Below, in pieces: positions 1 through 11,394 of a stretch of DNA of 64,000 nucleotides (within the stretch, counting starts at the first letter, position 1; the number at the start of each line of letters is the position of its first letter). The translations under genes were made by a program, and so were the position numbers. This stretch comes from Thermoanaerobaculia bacterium. GTDB lineage: Bacteria > Acidobacteriota > Thermoanaerobaculia > Gp7-AA8. The notes under the pieces are model-generated. The model saw only the letters and a program-made list of their open reading frames with translations, searched no databases and was not told the origin of the DNA. The stretch lies in contig JAXDGL010000018.1 of assembly GCA_034665065.1 (NCBI GenBank), forward strand, positions 20,126-84,125, given 5' to 3'.

Positions 1-52
1 TCAGAATGACAGGTCCCATTCTTTTGCGCGAACAACGTACGATCAGCGTGGC

Positions 53-2278
53 GTGATCGCACTCCTGCTCCTCGGCATCCTTCTGCCGGCCGCGTTGCTC
101 GTGGCCGGCGTTCGCCGATGGATCGCGCCCGTGCCGTGGTGGATCGCGATCCTGTTGATGGCGATGACGCTGGCCTTTCTGCACGGAGCAGTCTTCACGA
201 GCAAACTGCCGGTGCCGGTCGATGAGGTCGCGCGCGGCTATCCGTGGCGCGGTCTCTTCGGCGATGTCGTCGCCGCGAATCCGCTGACGAACGACACGGT
301 CAAACTATTTCTGCCGTGGATGCAGGTCGCGCGGGAGGAGCTGATGCACGGCCGCGCGCCGCTCTGGAATCGTTACGCCTTCGCCGGCTATCCACTCCTT
401 GGCAACGGCGAGTCGGCGCCATTCTCGCCGCTGTTTCTGGCGACGTTGACCGTGCCGTTGCCGAAGCAGATCGTGGCCATGGCGGCGCTCAAGATTTTCG
501 CGGCGCTTCTTTTTACGTATCTGTTTCTGAAGCGGGAAAAGGCGAACGATGCCGCTGCGCTCTTCGGTGCAGTCATCTTTGGCTTCTCGACCGTGATGAC
601 CGTCTTTCTCTACTACTCGACGGCGTCAGTCGTCGCGTTCATGCCTGCGGCGGCGTTTGCGTTGCTGCATGCGATCGACCGGCAGTCGAAGGCGAGCATC
701 GTGTTCGTCGCGCTCGTGATCGCGACGCTGCTGGCCAACGGCCATCCCGAGAGCGTCCTGCACATCGCGGTCGGATGCGGAGCGATTCTCCTGATCGAGC
801 TCGCACTGAGTGCGGATCGCCGCGACTGGTTGCGCCGCTTTCGCGCGCCGTTGATCGGAGTCGTAGCGGGACTGGCGCTTGGCGCGTCCACGTGGGTTCC
901 CGTTCTGGAACAGGTGCGCATCAGCGAGCGATTTGCGGCTTTGCGTGGCACGGCTCCGGTTCCGATGCAGCCGCTCACTTCCGCATGGGCGATCGTAAGC
1001 CCGAACGGGTTCGGCAATCCCGTGCGGCACAACTGGTCGTGGATGCAGCACTACGTTGGGGTGGCGATTTCGTACGCCGGTCTGTTGCCGCTCGCAATCG
1101 CGCTGGCGGCGCTGTTTTGGCGGCGTACGGAAACGCGCGACCGATGGCGCATCGTTCTTGCGATCCTGTTGTTCATCGTTGCGATGGACTGGGGCGTCAT
1201 CGGACACGCCCTCAATGGCGTTCCGCTGTTCAACATCGCCGCGAACGACAAGCTGCGATTCGTTTGCGTCTTTCTGATCGCGATTACCGCGGCCAAACTG
1301 CTGGATGTTTCGAAGGCGATGCTGGCGATGGCCGCGGCGCCGATCGTCGCATTGGCAATCTACGTTTACGTGAAACGGATCGATCTGATGCGGCCGGTCG
1401 ATCTTCTCGCCGTCGCCGCGATCCTTATTTTTTTCGCGCTGCCCCAGCGATTCCGCGCCTGGGGCGCCATGGTGCTCGTCGCCGCAGAGCTCTTCGCGCT
1501 CAACAGCGGATTCAATGCCCTCGTCGACGCGAAGTACTTTCGTCCGCCGCTGCCGATCGTCGATGCCTTACGTGCGCACGCGCCGCGCGATCCCTTCCGT
1601 GTCGCCGGGCTGGGATGGGTCCTTCTGCCGAATTCGTCCGGGCAATACGAACTCGAGGATGTCCGCGGCAGCGATCCGATGGCGCTCGCCTCGTACGATC
1701 ACTTCCTCCGCCGCTTCACCGACCCCGGCCTCGGCTGGCTTCCGCTGATCAGCGATGCGAATCGTCCCGAGGTCAGCTTCATGAACGTCCGATTTCTCTT
1801 TGGCTCGCCCGATGCGTCGCCCGGCGGCGCGTGGCGACTGCTTTATCGGGGCGCGGACGGAACGCTTTGGGAGAACCCCGCAGTGATGCCGCGCTTCTTC
1901 GCGCGCGGTGCTGAAATCCGCAGCCTGCGAAGCGATGCTCCGGGAGAATTTGCGATGACGGTCATTGCTCCGTCCTCAACGCTGGTCGAATCGAGCGAAG
2001 TGCTCGCTCCGGGACGCCGCGTCTATGTCGGCGGTCATCGCGCGCCGCTTCGTCACGTCGGCGATACGTTCATCGGATTCGACGTGCCTGCAGGAACATC
2101 GGAGGTTCGCGTTGTCTATCGTCCGTTGAGTTTCTATGGCTCGTGTGTGATTGCGGTGATTTCGGTGCTCGCGATGTGGCTTTGGCCCGTGCAAAATCGA
2201 GTCGAAACGAGCGGCTGTCATTTCGAATCGGCGGAACCGCGGGGGTGGCTGGGTGGCGGGAGCGGTGGAGCACGATGA
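53..2278 (+). CDS. Integral membrane protein with a multi-TM N-terminal region and a C-terminal soluble domain, YfhO-like or glycosyltransferase-like. The last ~20 codons run into repeat A1.
   Basis: 741-aa ORF. More than 10 hydrophobic helices lie in the first ~480 aa, followed by a hydrophilic C-domain. The C-terminus ...SGCHFESAEPRGW is encoded by repeat A sequence, so the true stop may be artefactual. Confidence 0.5.
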   Translation: MIALLLLGILLPAALLVAGVRRWIAPVPWWIAILLMAMTLAFLHGAVFTSKLPVPVDEVARGYPWRGLFGDVVAANPLTNDTVKLFLPWMQVAREELMHGRAPLWNRYAFAGYPLLGNGESAPFSPLFLATLTVPLPKQIVAMAALKIFAALLFTYLFLKREKANDAAALFGAVIFGFSTVMTVFLYYSTASVVAFMPAAAFALLHAIDRQSKASIVFVALVIATLLANGHPESVLHIAVGCGAILLIELALSADRRDWLRRFRAPLIGVVAGLALGASTWVPVLEQVRISERFAALRGTAPVPMQPLTSAWAIVSPNGFGNPVRHNWSWMQHYVGVAISYAGLLPLAIALAALFWRRTETRDRWRIVLAILLFIVAMDWGVIGHALNGVPLFNIAANDKLRFVCVFLIAITAAKLLDVSKAMLAMAAAPIVALAIYVYVKRIDLMRPVDLLAVAAILIFFALPQRFRAWGAMVLVAAELFALNSGFNALVDAKYFRPPLPIVDALRAHAPRDPFRVAGLGWVLLPNSSGQYELEDVRGSDPMALASYDHFLRRFTDPGLGWLPLISDANRPEVSFMNVRFLFGSPDASPGGAWRLLYRGADGTLWENPAVMPRFFARGAEIRSLRSDAPGEFAMTVIAPSSTLVESSEVLAPGRRVYVGGHRAPLRHVGDTFIGFDVPAGTSEVRVVYRPLSFYGSCVIAVISVLAMWLWPVQNRVETSGCHFESAEPRGWLGGGSGGAR

Positions 2279-2378
2279 GAAATCCCCTGCGTCTCACATC
2301 GGCGGGGGATTCCTCGACCGTGCTTCACCGCTCCCGCCCGCACTTCCACCCCACGGTTCCGCCGGCTCGGAATGACAG
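2216..2378. repeat. Repeat family A copy A1, a ~163-bp imperfect palindrome (MITE/REP-like).
   Basis: Termini are tgtcatttcgaatcggcggaaccgcggg ... cccacggttccgccggctcggaatgacag. Inner arms are cgggagcggtggagcacgatgagaaatcccc / ggggattcctcgaccgtgcttcaccgctcccg. The same element recurs at 2424, 16954 and 25950. Confidence 0.8.
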
Positions 2379-2423
2379 CGCACCGCACGCTCTCCTCCGC
2401 ATCTCCGCGTGATAGCGAGGGAC

Positions 2424-2585
2424 TGTCATTTCGAAACGGCGGAACTGCGGGGGCGGCTGGGTGGCGGGAGCGGTGGAGCACGATGAGAAATCCCCTTCGT
2501 CTCACATCGGCGGGGGATTCCTCGACCGTGCTTCACCGCTCCCGCCCGCACCTCCTTCCCGCGTTCCGCCGGCTCGGAATGACAG
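2424..2585. repeat. Repeat family A copy A2, tandem to A1.
   Basis: Same termini and inner arms as A1. It is followed by a tctccgcgtctccgcgtga motif that also occurs at 20451. Confidence 0.8.
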
Positions 2586-2650
2586 CGCACCCCACGCTCT
2601 CCCTCCGCATCTCCGCGTCTCCGCGTGACAATGCTTTTTAAATCATTGAG

Positions 2651-3628
<978 letters not shown>

Positions 3629-3724
3629 GGCGTAACGCTACTACGGGCATCCCCTGGCGTGAAGAGCATTGCGCCTGGCGTTTTGTGAAGAGGCAGAGCG
3701 GGCATATCATCGCCCGCACAGACC

Positions 3725-4432
3725 ATGTCGCGTTGGGCGCGGATGTTTCTCGCTGTCGTGCTGCTGTCGTTCGCTTCGTTCGGAAGGGCGGACTCGTTGC
3801 GTCTGCTCGCGCCGGCCGATGGCGTGACGTTGCGCGGCGGCTCGTTCGCCGAGTTGCGCTGGTCCGCGAATGAGTTACCGGCATCGGCCGAGGAGTGGGA
3901 AGCATTTCTTTCGATCGACGGCGGGAAGTACTACGCATTCCGCGTCACGCCGCATCTCAGCATCGACCGGCAACGCTTCACCTTCATCGTTCCGAACGTC
4001 GACACCCACGAAGCGCGCATTCTGATTCGAACCGGCGACGAAGTGCATGAAGCGCACTTCGAGAATCGGGGATCGTTCTCGATCGAGCGCGATTCCAGCG
4101 CCGAACAGATCATTCCGCGCTCGCTGCAGTTCGGGCGCGCCGAAGCAGCGCGCGACGGCGACCCGGCGGTTCTTTGGTGGGTGGATGGCGCCCGCAACGG
4201 CTCCGGCGTCACGCAGCAGTCCTCCGCTCCCGTGCAGTCGCGTTCACTCACCTCGATCGCGATTGCGCAAACCGATGCGCCGCCGGTTGTCCTCGCGCCG
4301 TCCGGCGACTTCATCGGCGAGTCTTCGATTACGAGCGCGGAGCAGCAGGCTCCGCGCAGACCCGACTCCAGAACCACGCCACTCCCTCGGTCAGTCGATC
4401 TCCTCCTGGTCTGCAGCCGCAGGAACATTTAG
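3725..4432 (+). CDS. Hypothetical secreted protein.
   Basis: N-terminal signal peptide MSRWARMFLAVVLLSFASFGRA. It is divergent from the AKR gene. I recognise no domain. Confidence 0.5.
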   Translation: MSRWARMFLAVVLLSFASFGRADSLRLLAPADGVTLRGGSFAELRWSANELPASAEEWEAFLSIDGGKYYAFRVTPHLSIDRQRFTFIVPNVDTHEARILIRTGDEVHEAHFENRGSFSIERDSSAEQIIPRSLQFGRAEAARDGDPAVLWWVDGARNGSGVTQQSSAPVQSRSLTSIAIAQTDAPPVVLAPSGDFIGESSITSAEQQAPRRPDSRTTPLPRSVDLLLVCSRRNI

Positions 4433-4480
4433 TTCCGCGGCTCGCCCCGTCCGTCCAAAACTCAATCGGAGGAGACGACG

Positions 4481-7400
4481 ATGAAGACCATGGTCTCATC
4501 AAGGACGCTGGATTTCCCGTTCCACAAGGTGGCCGAGGCCGCAGGCGGTAACCGGATGGGGTTGCCGCTGTTTTTCATTTTCCTTTTTGCATTCGCAGCT
4601 TCGGTGGCTGCGCAATCTCCCAACACCGCGACGATGATTGTCGTCGTCGTCGATCAAACGGGCGCGGTCGTGACGAACGCGAACGTCGCCGTGGTCAATA
4701 CGGAAACTGGCGCAGCGCGTACGGCCGTCTCAGGAAGCGACGGCAGCACCACCTTTCCTGCGTTGTCGTTGACGGGCACCTATACGGTACGTGTGTCGCG
4801 CGAGGGATTCGGTACCGAAGAGCGCAACGACATCACGTTGCGCTCTGGCGAGACCGCGACGCTCAAAGTCAATCTTCTCGTCGGCACCGGAAAGTCGGAG
4901 GTCACGGTCTACGGTACGACCGAAGGCGTGAGAGCGGATCCGCAGATCGGGCGGCGTCTCGACACCAGGCAAATCGATGAGACGCCGATTCTCGGACGCA
5001 AACTGACTACGTTGCCGCTTCTCAACTCGGCATTCCGGCAGGGAAAAGGTACTGGCGATCTCTTCGTCAATCAGACCTACTTCATCACCGGCGCTGGCTC
5101 ACGGCGCACGACGACGTTCACGCTCGACGGCGCGAACAACGATGAAGCGTGGGGCCGCCAGACGATGATCGCCACCATCCCGCTCGGTGCCGTGCAGGAA
5201 GTGACGATTCTGTCGAACGCCTTTTCTTCCGAGTACGGATGGACCGCCGGCCCCGCGTTGAACATCGTTACGAAGTCGGGGACCAATGCACTGCACGGCG
5301 AGGTGCTGTACATGAACCGTCTGGGCGGCATGCAGGCGAAGACGTTCTCGACCAGTGGCTTTTGCGCACCATCGGTGGCCACCTGCGTGACGCCTGGTAC
5401 GCTCACGGCCATCAATCCGGTTGACATTCCGGATGCGCTGACCCAGTACTCCGGCTCGATCGGCGGGCCGCTCGTCAAAGACAGAACCTTCTTTTTCGTC
5501 ACTGCGGATTACACGCGGCAGAATCGCACGACGTTCCTCTCCAGCGCGCTGCCGGCCTTCGTGCTGCCGGCGGACGGAAACCTCGCCTACACCGGTCACT
5601 ACCGCCAGTCGCTCTTCAACGGACGTCTGGATCAACAGCTCACAGCGGCGCAGACGTTGATGCTGCGAGCGAATGTCGATCGTTTCTACGATGACAATCC
5701 GCAGGACGCCGTCGGCGGCACGAGCGCGCCAAGCGTGGCGCGCAAATACTCGCGCGCATCGTGGACATCACAACTCAACCACACAGTGGTGCTCGAAGAG
5801 GATCTGCTCAATGAGGCGCGGTTTGCCTACCTGAACGGCGATCCGGTCACGAAGTGGGAGGCGCAGACTCTCTCGACCACTTACACGCGCGCCGGATCGG
5901 TCCCCTTCACCATCGGACAGTCGCGAGCGTCCGACCTCTTCGGTCACCAGGCGCAGCTCTCGGATACGCTGTCGTGGTCGCACGGCAAGCACTACGTCCG
6001 CTTTGGCGGAAGTCTGATCCGCCACACCTCGGGCGGCTTCGGCAGCGAGCCGGGAACCGCAATCCTCGGCACGTTCACGTTCAAGAACACGACGACAGCG
6101 CCCTTCGGCTCGCTGACATTGGCCGATGTTCAGAACTACACGCAGCCGATCAACTTCGGGATCTCCAGCTACGAGTTGACGCAGAAGCTCTACACCGGAT
6201 TCGTGCAGGACACCATTCACGTCACGAACGACCTCAACATCGATGCCGGTCTGCGCTACGACCGGCAGACGCTGACCGATGCGAAGAAGAATTTCGAGCC
6301 GCGCATCGGCTTCGGATGGCATCCGAATGGCGATCCGCGCCTGGCCATCCGCGGCGGTTACGGCACCTACTACACGCAGATCCAGTCGAACATCGTGGCC
6401 AGCTATCTGGTGAACGGGCTGGATGGTTTGACGACCTACACCGCCACTCCCGGGCAACTCGGATTTCCCACCTGCCTGATCGGATCATGTCTTCCGCTGT
6501 CGTTCGACCCGAAGACGTTGCTGCCTTCTCAGTTGCCCGCGCGCGACATCACGATCCAGGCAGGCCGGCGCGCGTTCCATCAATCGCAGTTCGCCAAGTA
6601 CGGTCTCAACTTCGACAAGCTCCCGAACTATCCCGACAAGTTGGTGAACCCGCGCAGCCAGGTCGTGTCCATCGGCGCCGAGCGCGAATTCATCCCAGGC
6701 TTTTTTGCGGGCGCCGACTTCGTCCACCAGCACTGGACCGACATCGCCCGCACGGTCGACTTGAACGCGCCGGCGCCGTTTGACCGCACCGCGGTTGGGC
6801 AAGTAAGAAGTGTGGCCGCCGCCAATGCCACCCGCCCCATCCTGCCGGTCAACGGCGGCGTGCGTCAGGTCAACGTTCTTATGAACCTCGGCGAGGCCGA
6901 TTACAACGGATTGCAGACGCAGTTCACCTATCGCAAGGGCCGCCTGTATGCCGCGTTGAGCTATACGCTGTCGCACGCCACGAACACCACCGAACCGGAT
7001 GGCAACGGCGTTGGACCGGATCAGGGCAATATCGCCCGCCTTGGCGAAGTCGAGCGCGGACCGAGCCTGGTCGATCAGCGTCATCGCGCCGTCCTGACGC
7101 TCACGTATCAGCTGCCGTTCAACATCACCGCCGGCACAATGACGCAGTACGCGTCCGCCCGTCCGTTCAATGCCACGACGGGCATCGATAACAACGGCGA
7201 CGGCGCGAACAACGACCGTCCCGTCGTCAATGGCAAAGTGATGAGCAAGTCCGCGTTTCGCGGCACGTCCACTTCCGACGTCGGTCTCTTCCTCGAGGGC
7301 CGCCTCCGCCAGTCTGGTCTCGGCACGATCCTGCTTCGGCTGGAAGGCTTCAACCTTCTCAACCATGGCAACTACCTCGGCCGCGGCCAGACCGTTTACG

Positions 7401-7531
7401 GCGACACGGCGACACCGAATCCAACGTTCGGCCAGTTGGTCGCCGCCGGCACTGCCTCAAACGCAATCCCGGCATTCGCGAACGTCGATCCGCCACGCAT
7501 GTTCCAGTTGCAGGTGCGGTTTATCTTCTAA
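4481..7531 (+). CDS. TonB-dependent-receptor-like outer-membrane beta-barrel protein with an N-terminal carboxypeptidase-regulatory-like domain.
   Basis: GGAGGA ribosome-binding site before the ATG. Signal peptide. The VVVVDQTGAVVTNANVAVVN...TYTVRVSREGFG segment is a CarbopepD_reg-like fold. The long barrel region ends in the aromatic C-terminal residue ...FQLQVRFIF. The start could alternatively be M at 4556. Confidence 0.8.
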   Translation: MKTMVSSRTLDFPFHKVAEAAGGNRMGLPLFFIFLFAFAASVAAQSPNTATMIVVVVDQTGAVVTNANVAVVNTETGAARTAVSGSDGSTTFPALSLTGTYTVRVSREGFGTEERNDITLRSGETATLKVNLLVGTGKSEVTVYGTTEGVRADPQIGRRLDTRQIDETPILGRKLTTLPLLNSAFRQGKGTGDLFVNQTYFITGAGSRRTTTFTLDGANNDEAWGRQTMIATIPLGAVQEVTILSNAFSSEYGWTAGPALNIVTKSGTNALHGEVLYMNRLGGMQAKTFSTSGFCAPSVATCVTPGTLTAINPVDIPDALTQYSGSIGGPLVKDRTFFFVTADYTRQNRTTFLSSALPAFVLPADGNLAYTGHYRQSLFNGRLDQQLTAAQTLMLRANVDRFYDDNPQDAVGGTSAPSVARKYSRASWTSQLNHTVVLEEDLLNEARFAYLNGDPVTKWEAQTLSTTYTRAGSVPFTIGQSRASDLFGHQAQLSDTLSWSHGKHYVRFGGSLIRHTSGGFGSEPGTAILGTFTFKNTTTAPFGSLTLADVQNYTQPINFGISSYELTQKLYTGFVQDTIHVTNDLNIDAGLRYDRQTLTDAKKNFEPRIGFGWHPNGDPRLAIRGGYGTYYTQIQSNIVASYLVNGLDGLTTYTATPGQLGFPTCLIGSCLPLSFDPKTLLPSQLPARDITIQAGRRAFHQSQFAKYGLNFDKLPNYPDKLVNPRSQVVSIGAEREFIPGFFAGADFVHQHWTDIARTVDLNAPAPFDRTAVGQVRSVAAANATRPILPVNGGVRQVNVLMNLGEADYNGLQTQFTYRKGRLYAALSYTLSHATNTTEPDGNGVGPDQGNIARLGEVERGPSLVDQRHRAVLTLTYQLPFNITAGTMTQYASARPFNATTGIDNNGDGANNDRPVVNGKVMSKSAFRGTSTSDVGLFLEGRLRQSGLGTILLRLEGFNLLNHGNYLGRGQTVYGDTATPNPTFGQLVAAGTASNAIPAFANVDPPRMFQLQVRFIF

Positions 7532-7545
7532 ATGAACATGGAGAA

Positions 7546-7577
7546 TGAAGAGCGCTGATCATTCGGCGCTCTTCATT
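7546..7577 (+). terminator. Rho-independent terminator candidate after the outer-membrane protein gene.
   Basis: The hairpin gaagagcgc-tgatcattcg-gcgctcttc is followed by atttact. Confidence 0.5.
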
Positions 7578-7592
7578 TACTAAGAGATTGAA

Positions 7593-8255
7593 ATGAAGAA
7601 ACTCATACTCGTTGTGATGGCATTGTTGTCATTGGCGGCGTCGGGCACGATTTCCGTCGCGCCACAGTCCTTTCTGGCAATCGTAGGCGACTGGAACGTG
7701 GCCAAAGACGGCGCGAAGAACGTGCTTCAGGTTGACGGACGGCAATGGATCAAAGGTCAGCCATCTGCGGGGCTGGCGGCGAAAGCACGCACGATCTACG
7801 GCGCGAAGCATGAAGAGTTTATCGACAGCGTCAAGGCGTACGCGTATTTTCCTTATGCAGTCGCGAAGAATGTCGATGATTTTCACAATGGCGAGATCTC
7901 GATCCGTTTCCGGCTGCTGGCTGGTCAGCTCGATCAATGCGCCGGAATCCTCTTCAATCTCAAGCCGAACGGCGATTACCTTACCGTTCGCTTCAACGGC
8001 AAAGAAGACAACCTCGTGCTATGGACCTTCAAGACCGGCAAGCGGAGTTTCGTCAAGAAAGGCTCAGAGAACGTCCACATCCCCCTCGGCGAATGGCACA
8101 CAATGAGAATCGCCGTCGCCGGTACACAGTTGCACGGATTCCTCGACGACAAGCCGCTGCTCGAATACACGCTCGCCGAGCCGGTGTCAGGCAAAGTGGG
8201 AGTTTGGTCAAAGACGGACAGTGTCAGTCAGTTCGACGAATTTCTTGTGAAGTAG
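7593..8255 (+). CDS. Secreted protein with a DUF1080/LamG-like jelly-roll domain (3-keto-disaccharide-hydrolase-like).
   Basis: Signal peptide MKKLILVVMALLSLAASG. GDWNV...DG...W and LGEWHTMRIAVAGTQLHGFLDDKPL motifs resemble DUF1080. Confidence 0.5.
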   Translation: MKKLILVVMALLSLAASGTISVAPQSFLAIVGDWNVAKDGAKNVLQVDGRQWIKGQPSAGLAAKARTIYGAKHEEFIDSVKAYAYFPYAVAKNVDDFHNGEISIRFRLLAGQLDQCAGILFNLKPNGDYLTVRFNGKEDNLVLWTFKTGKRSFVKKGSENVHIPLGEWHTMRIAVAGTQLHGFLDDKPLLEYTLAEPVSGKVGVWSKTDSVSQFDEFLVK

Positions 8256-8285
8256 AAGCCGTGTAATCGTCGCCATTGTCGCCTG

Positions 8286-8476
8286 GCTGTCATCCTGAGT
8301 CGCCGGAGGACACGAAGTGCCGGAGGACGATCGAAGGACCCCCTGGTTCTGTGCCGGTTGGCGGTGGAAAAACACGGCACAGAATTAGGGGGTCCTTCGA
8401 CCGACCTTCGCTGCCGCTGCTTGCTATACGGCAGTTTTGTGAATCTTGCGGCGGCTTCGGCGGCTCAGGATGACAG
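8286..8476. repeat. Repeat family B copy B1, a nested palindrome.
   Basis: Termini tgtcatcctgag ... ctcaggatgaca. The inner palindrome is tcgaaggaccccct...agggggtccttcga. It recurs at 22798 and 33303. Confidence 0.75.
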
Positions 8477-9752
8477 TGATAATGATCGCCGGCCAGACTG
8501 CATAGAAAATCAGTGCCGCTCCGGCCGGCCGCTTTGCGAGCGGATAGCCCGGATAGGTCGACGCCTCGTGGGGCGGCGCGTGCACGCCGGAGAGCTCGTA
8601 AATCGTTTCGAGCACAATCTCTTCGGTCATCGACCGGCTCGTGGCTGTTTTCATGCCGAGGCGATAGACGATCTCTCCGTAATGGGCGTTGTTCTCGAAC
8701 AGACCGGAGCGTCCCGCGAGCGGATAGACGACCCGCAACTCCGGTAACGACCGCCGCAGCTTCACGAGTACGTTGTTCTCGAAATCCATCATTCGCGGAT
8801 CTTCGGCCGAGAGAAAGGGTGTGATGGTCAGCGGCTCTCGGATTTGGGCAAGCGCCTGCTCATCGGCCAACGAAAACGAATTCCGGCGATTCTCGGAGAG
8901 ATCAAAACTCGATCTCACAAGCATCAAAACATTGAGAACACCGAGCCCCGCCAGAATGAACAACACAGCGGTCCCCGCCATGCGCGCCTTGATGCTGCGC
9001 CCGAGGTGAAGCCAATTCGCGGCGAGGCCGAAGCCGAACAAGGAAATGATCAGCATCACCAGTACGCCGTCGACACGAAAGAGTCCTCGCTCGAAACTGC
9101 GCAGTGCCGCACCCGGCGTGAACGATGCCAGCGTTTGCACGATGCCGCCACGGCCGGCGGCGATGAAGTCGAGCGCCCATGTTCCGATCGTAAATGCGAG
9201 GACGACGATCGCGGCGTTCGCAGCGCCCGACATCAGCGCCGCCGCGGCCATGGCGATTGCCGCCGTCAGCAGGAATCGCAACGTGTATCCGGCCAGCAGA
9301 TTGAGAACCTCTGGCGCGTGGAGATGTCCGCCGTAGGCCCGCCACAATCCAAGTGCGATGCCGAACGGCACGAGCGACACGACCCACGCGCCGATGAGCG
9401 AGATCGCTTTGGCGGCGATCTGCCGTTCGATCGATGCCGGCCATTGCAACATCAGCTTCAGCGCGTCCGACGATTTCTCGTTCGCAACCAAGCGGATGGC
9501 AACGAACGGAAAAAGCAGTGTGATGGCGAGATCGTATACGCCGAGCGTCGGTGTCAGAATGCCATCCAGCGGCGAGAGTCCCTGCGGCAATGCCACTGCG
9601 CCCCCGCCGATTCCGCTTGCCTCAGCGTACGCATTCATCGCCGTGATGAAGCTTTGGCCGGTCAGTAGCCCGACGATGAGCAGCAACAGCCAGAACGCGC
9701 GGCTCGCCGCCAGCTCCGCGACTTCTTTGCGCACGAGGTCACGTAAGCGCAA
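8424..9752 (-). CDS. ABC-2 family transporter permease with a C-terminal extension. The last ~15 codons lie in repeat B1.
   Basis: Six or more TM helices. It overlaps the ATPase gene upstream, so the two form an operon. The C-terminus ...ILSRRSRRKIHKTAV is encoded by the B1 terminus. Confidence 0.7.
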   Translation of the reverse strand: MRLRDLVRKEVAELAASRAFWLLLLIVGLLTGQSFITAMNAYAEASGIGGGAVALPQGLSPLDGILTPTLGVYDLAITLLFPFVAIRLVANEKSSDALKLMLQWPASIERQIAAKAISLIGAWVVSLVPFGIALGLWRAYGGHLHAPEVLNLLAGYTLRFLLTAAIAMAAAALMSGAANAAIVVLAFTIGTWALDFIAAGRGGIVQTLASFTPGAALRSFERGLFRVDGVLVMLIISLFGFGLAANWLHLGRSIKARMAGTAVLFILAGLGVLNVLMLVRSSFDLSENRRNSFSLADEQALAQIREPLTITPFLSAEDPRMMDFENNVLVKLRRSLPELRVVYPLAGRSGLFENNAHYGEIVYRLGMKTATSRSMTEEIVLETIYELSGVHAPPHEASTYPGYPLAKRPAGAALIFYAVWPAIIITVILSRRSRRKIHKTAV

Positions 9753-10395
9753 GGAAGACCTCCTCCAGTCCTTCCGCTCCGGTCCGCGATGTCAGCTCGT
9801 TAAGGGTTCCCTCGGCAACCGACCTGCCGTGATCGAGCAGAAGGAAACGATCGCACGCGCGCGCCGCATCTGAGAGCTGATGAATCGATAGCACCAGCGT
9901 GCGCCCCTTCGCGGCGTCCCGGCGAAGAATTTCCATCACTTGCCGCGTCTGCCGCAGATCGAGTCCGTCGAACGGCTCATCGAGCAACAGAACGGTCCGC
10001 GGCGACGCAAGACCGACCGCGATGTCGAGACGCTTGGCTTCGCCTTTTGACAACGAACGGACTGTCGCATGTTGCAGCGCAACGAGATCAAGATCGTCGA
10101 GCAGCGCCGAATCGAACTGCGTGGCGAACATGCGCGCGGTCAGCGTCAATGTCCAGCGCACCGTTTGATCGGGCCATGGACGAATGGCATCGGGAACGTA
10201 GAAGAGCAGATCGCTGTCGATCTTGCCCCCGTCAAACGGAAGGACGCCCGCCACACATTCGAAGAGCGTTGTCTTGCCTGCACCGTTCGGGCCGATCACG
10301 CCGAGAATCTCGCCCCGGTTTGCGGTGAATGAGACGTCGGCGAGCACCTGCCGCGCACCGCGCCGCGCCGAGAGGTGCGTAACTTCCAGCGTCAT
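9739..10395 (-). CDS. ABC transporter ATP-binding protein.
   Basis: Walker A GPNGAGKTT, signature LSKGEAKR, Walker B LLLDEPFDGLD. The start is taken at MTLEV, internal to the longer ORF. Confidence 0.9.
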   Translation of the reverse strand: MTLEVTHLSARRGARQVLADVSFTANRGEILGVIGPNGAGKTTLFECVAGVLPFDGGKIDSDLLFYVPDAIRPWPDQTVRWTLTLTARMFATQFDSALLDDLDLVALQHATVRSLSKGEAKRLDIAVGLASPRTVLLLDEPFDGLDLRQTRQVMEILRRDAAKGRTLVLSIHQLSDAARACDRFLLLDHGRSVAEGTLNELTSRTGAEGLEEVFLALT

Positions 10396-10922
10396 CGCGC
10401 GTGCAGATACTCGGGCGGAATCGGATGCGCCGCGTCTTCCTCTTCCCATAAGATCGTCAGCACCTTCCAGTCCTCTCCGATTTTCACGAGCTGAAAACTA
10501 TTGATGCCGCGCGCGAATGCTTTGTCGTCCGCGGATTCATGGCGTGACTCGTAGGTACTGAACACATGCGCGATGTCGCCGAAGCGATCCTCGGAGTTGT
10601 GGACCGGCCTCTCGAAAAAGCCATGCTCCTTGAAGTAGGCGCCAGCCTTTTCCGCGTACTCCTTTGGCGTCATCACGTTTGCTGTGATGGCACCGTTCAC
10701 CCGCTTCGTCGAGATCAGCCGTGCTCCTGGTGCAAAGAGCGCTTCGAAACGGTCCCAATCGCGCCGTCCTGCGGGTCCGGAGATGACGTTGTAAACAGCG
10801 AGCACGGTCGATTCGATCGCAAAAGCGTCGGACCCAGGTTGAGGCCGTACCTCCGACGGTTTCATCGATGCACAGCCCGAGGCGGCGAGGAACAGAAGCG
10901 TCAGGAGAGCACAGTTTCTCAT
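10392..10922 (-). CDS. NTF2/SnoaL-like lipoprotein, first gene of the ABC operon.
   Basis: Lipobox LAASGC in the signal peptide. Its stop overlaps the ATPase start. Confidence 0.55.
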   Translation of the reverse strand: MRNCALLTLLFLAASGCASMKPSEVRPQPGSDAFAIESTVLAVYNVISGPAGRRDWDRFEALFAPGARLISTKRVNGAITANVMTPKEYAEKAGAYFKEHGFFERPVHNSEDRFGDIAHVFSTYESRHESADDKAFARGINSFQLVKIGEDWKVLTILWEEEDAAHPIPPEYLHAR

Positions 10923-11061
10923 TGCGCCGAGTATAAAGCGGGCGTGGATCGTGGCAGGCGTGGATCGTGGCAGCAGGAAGCCGGTGAGAGCGCTGAGAGC
11001 GGTTCCTTATCTCATTCTGGCTATCTTCTTGCGTACTCATCCGCAGGAAGGAGATTTCGAA

Positions 11062-11367
11062 ATGAAGAAAATCATGACAGTTCTCGCCGCCGCCTCGCTG
11101 GTGATCGCCATGGGTTGCGTGGAAAAGAAGACCGAATCGACGTCGACAGTGAGTGGCACCGACACGGTGTCCAGCAGCACGACGACCGTGTCGACGACGG
11201 TGCCGACGGTCGACACCGCGACGACCGCCGCAGTGAAAGCCGAGGTAAAGGAAGCCGGGCATGATGCCGCCGACGCCGCGCGCGACGCAGCGCACGCCAC
11301 CGGCACAGCGATGGAGACCGCTGGGAAAGAGATCCAGAAGCAGACGAAGCCGCCGAAAAAGAACTGA
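11062..11367 (+). CDS. Small Ser/Thr/Ala-rich lipoprotein.
   Basis: aggaaggag ribosome-binding site. MKKIMTVLAAASLVIAMGC lipobox. A low-complexity T/S/V stretch is followed by a charged tail. Confidence 0.55.
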   Translation: MKKIMTVLAAASLVIAMGCVEKKTESTSTVSGTDTVSSSTTTVSTTVPTVDTATTAAVKAEVKEAGHDAADAARDAAHATGTAMETAGKEIQKQTKPPKKN

Positions 11368-11370
11368 GTT

Positions 11371-11394
11371 TTTTGCGTGCGCCGGGGGGCGCAC
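11371..11394 (+). terminator. GC hairpin between the lipoprotein gene and the heptamer array.
   Basis: gcgtgcgcc-gggg-ggcgcacgc, preceded by tttttt and followed by a U-rich gttgtcg array. It could terminate in either direction. Confidence 0.35.

Noticed and set aside
10537-11394. 285-aa minus-strand ORF spanning the region between the ABC operon and the IS.
   Set aside because: It overlaps two better-supported lipoprotein genes (10392..10922 - and 11062..11367 +). It has no signal or domain features and an Arg-rich composition.
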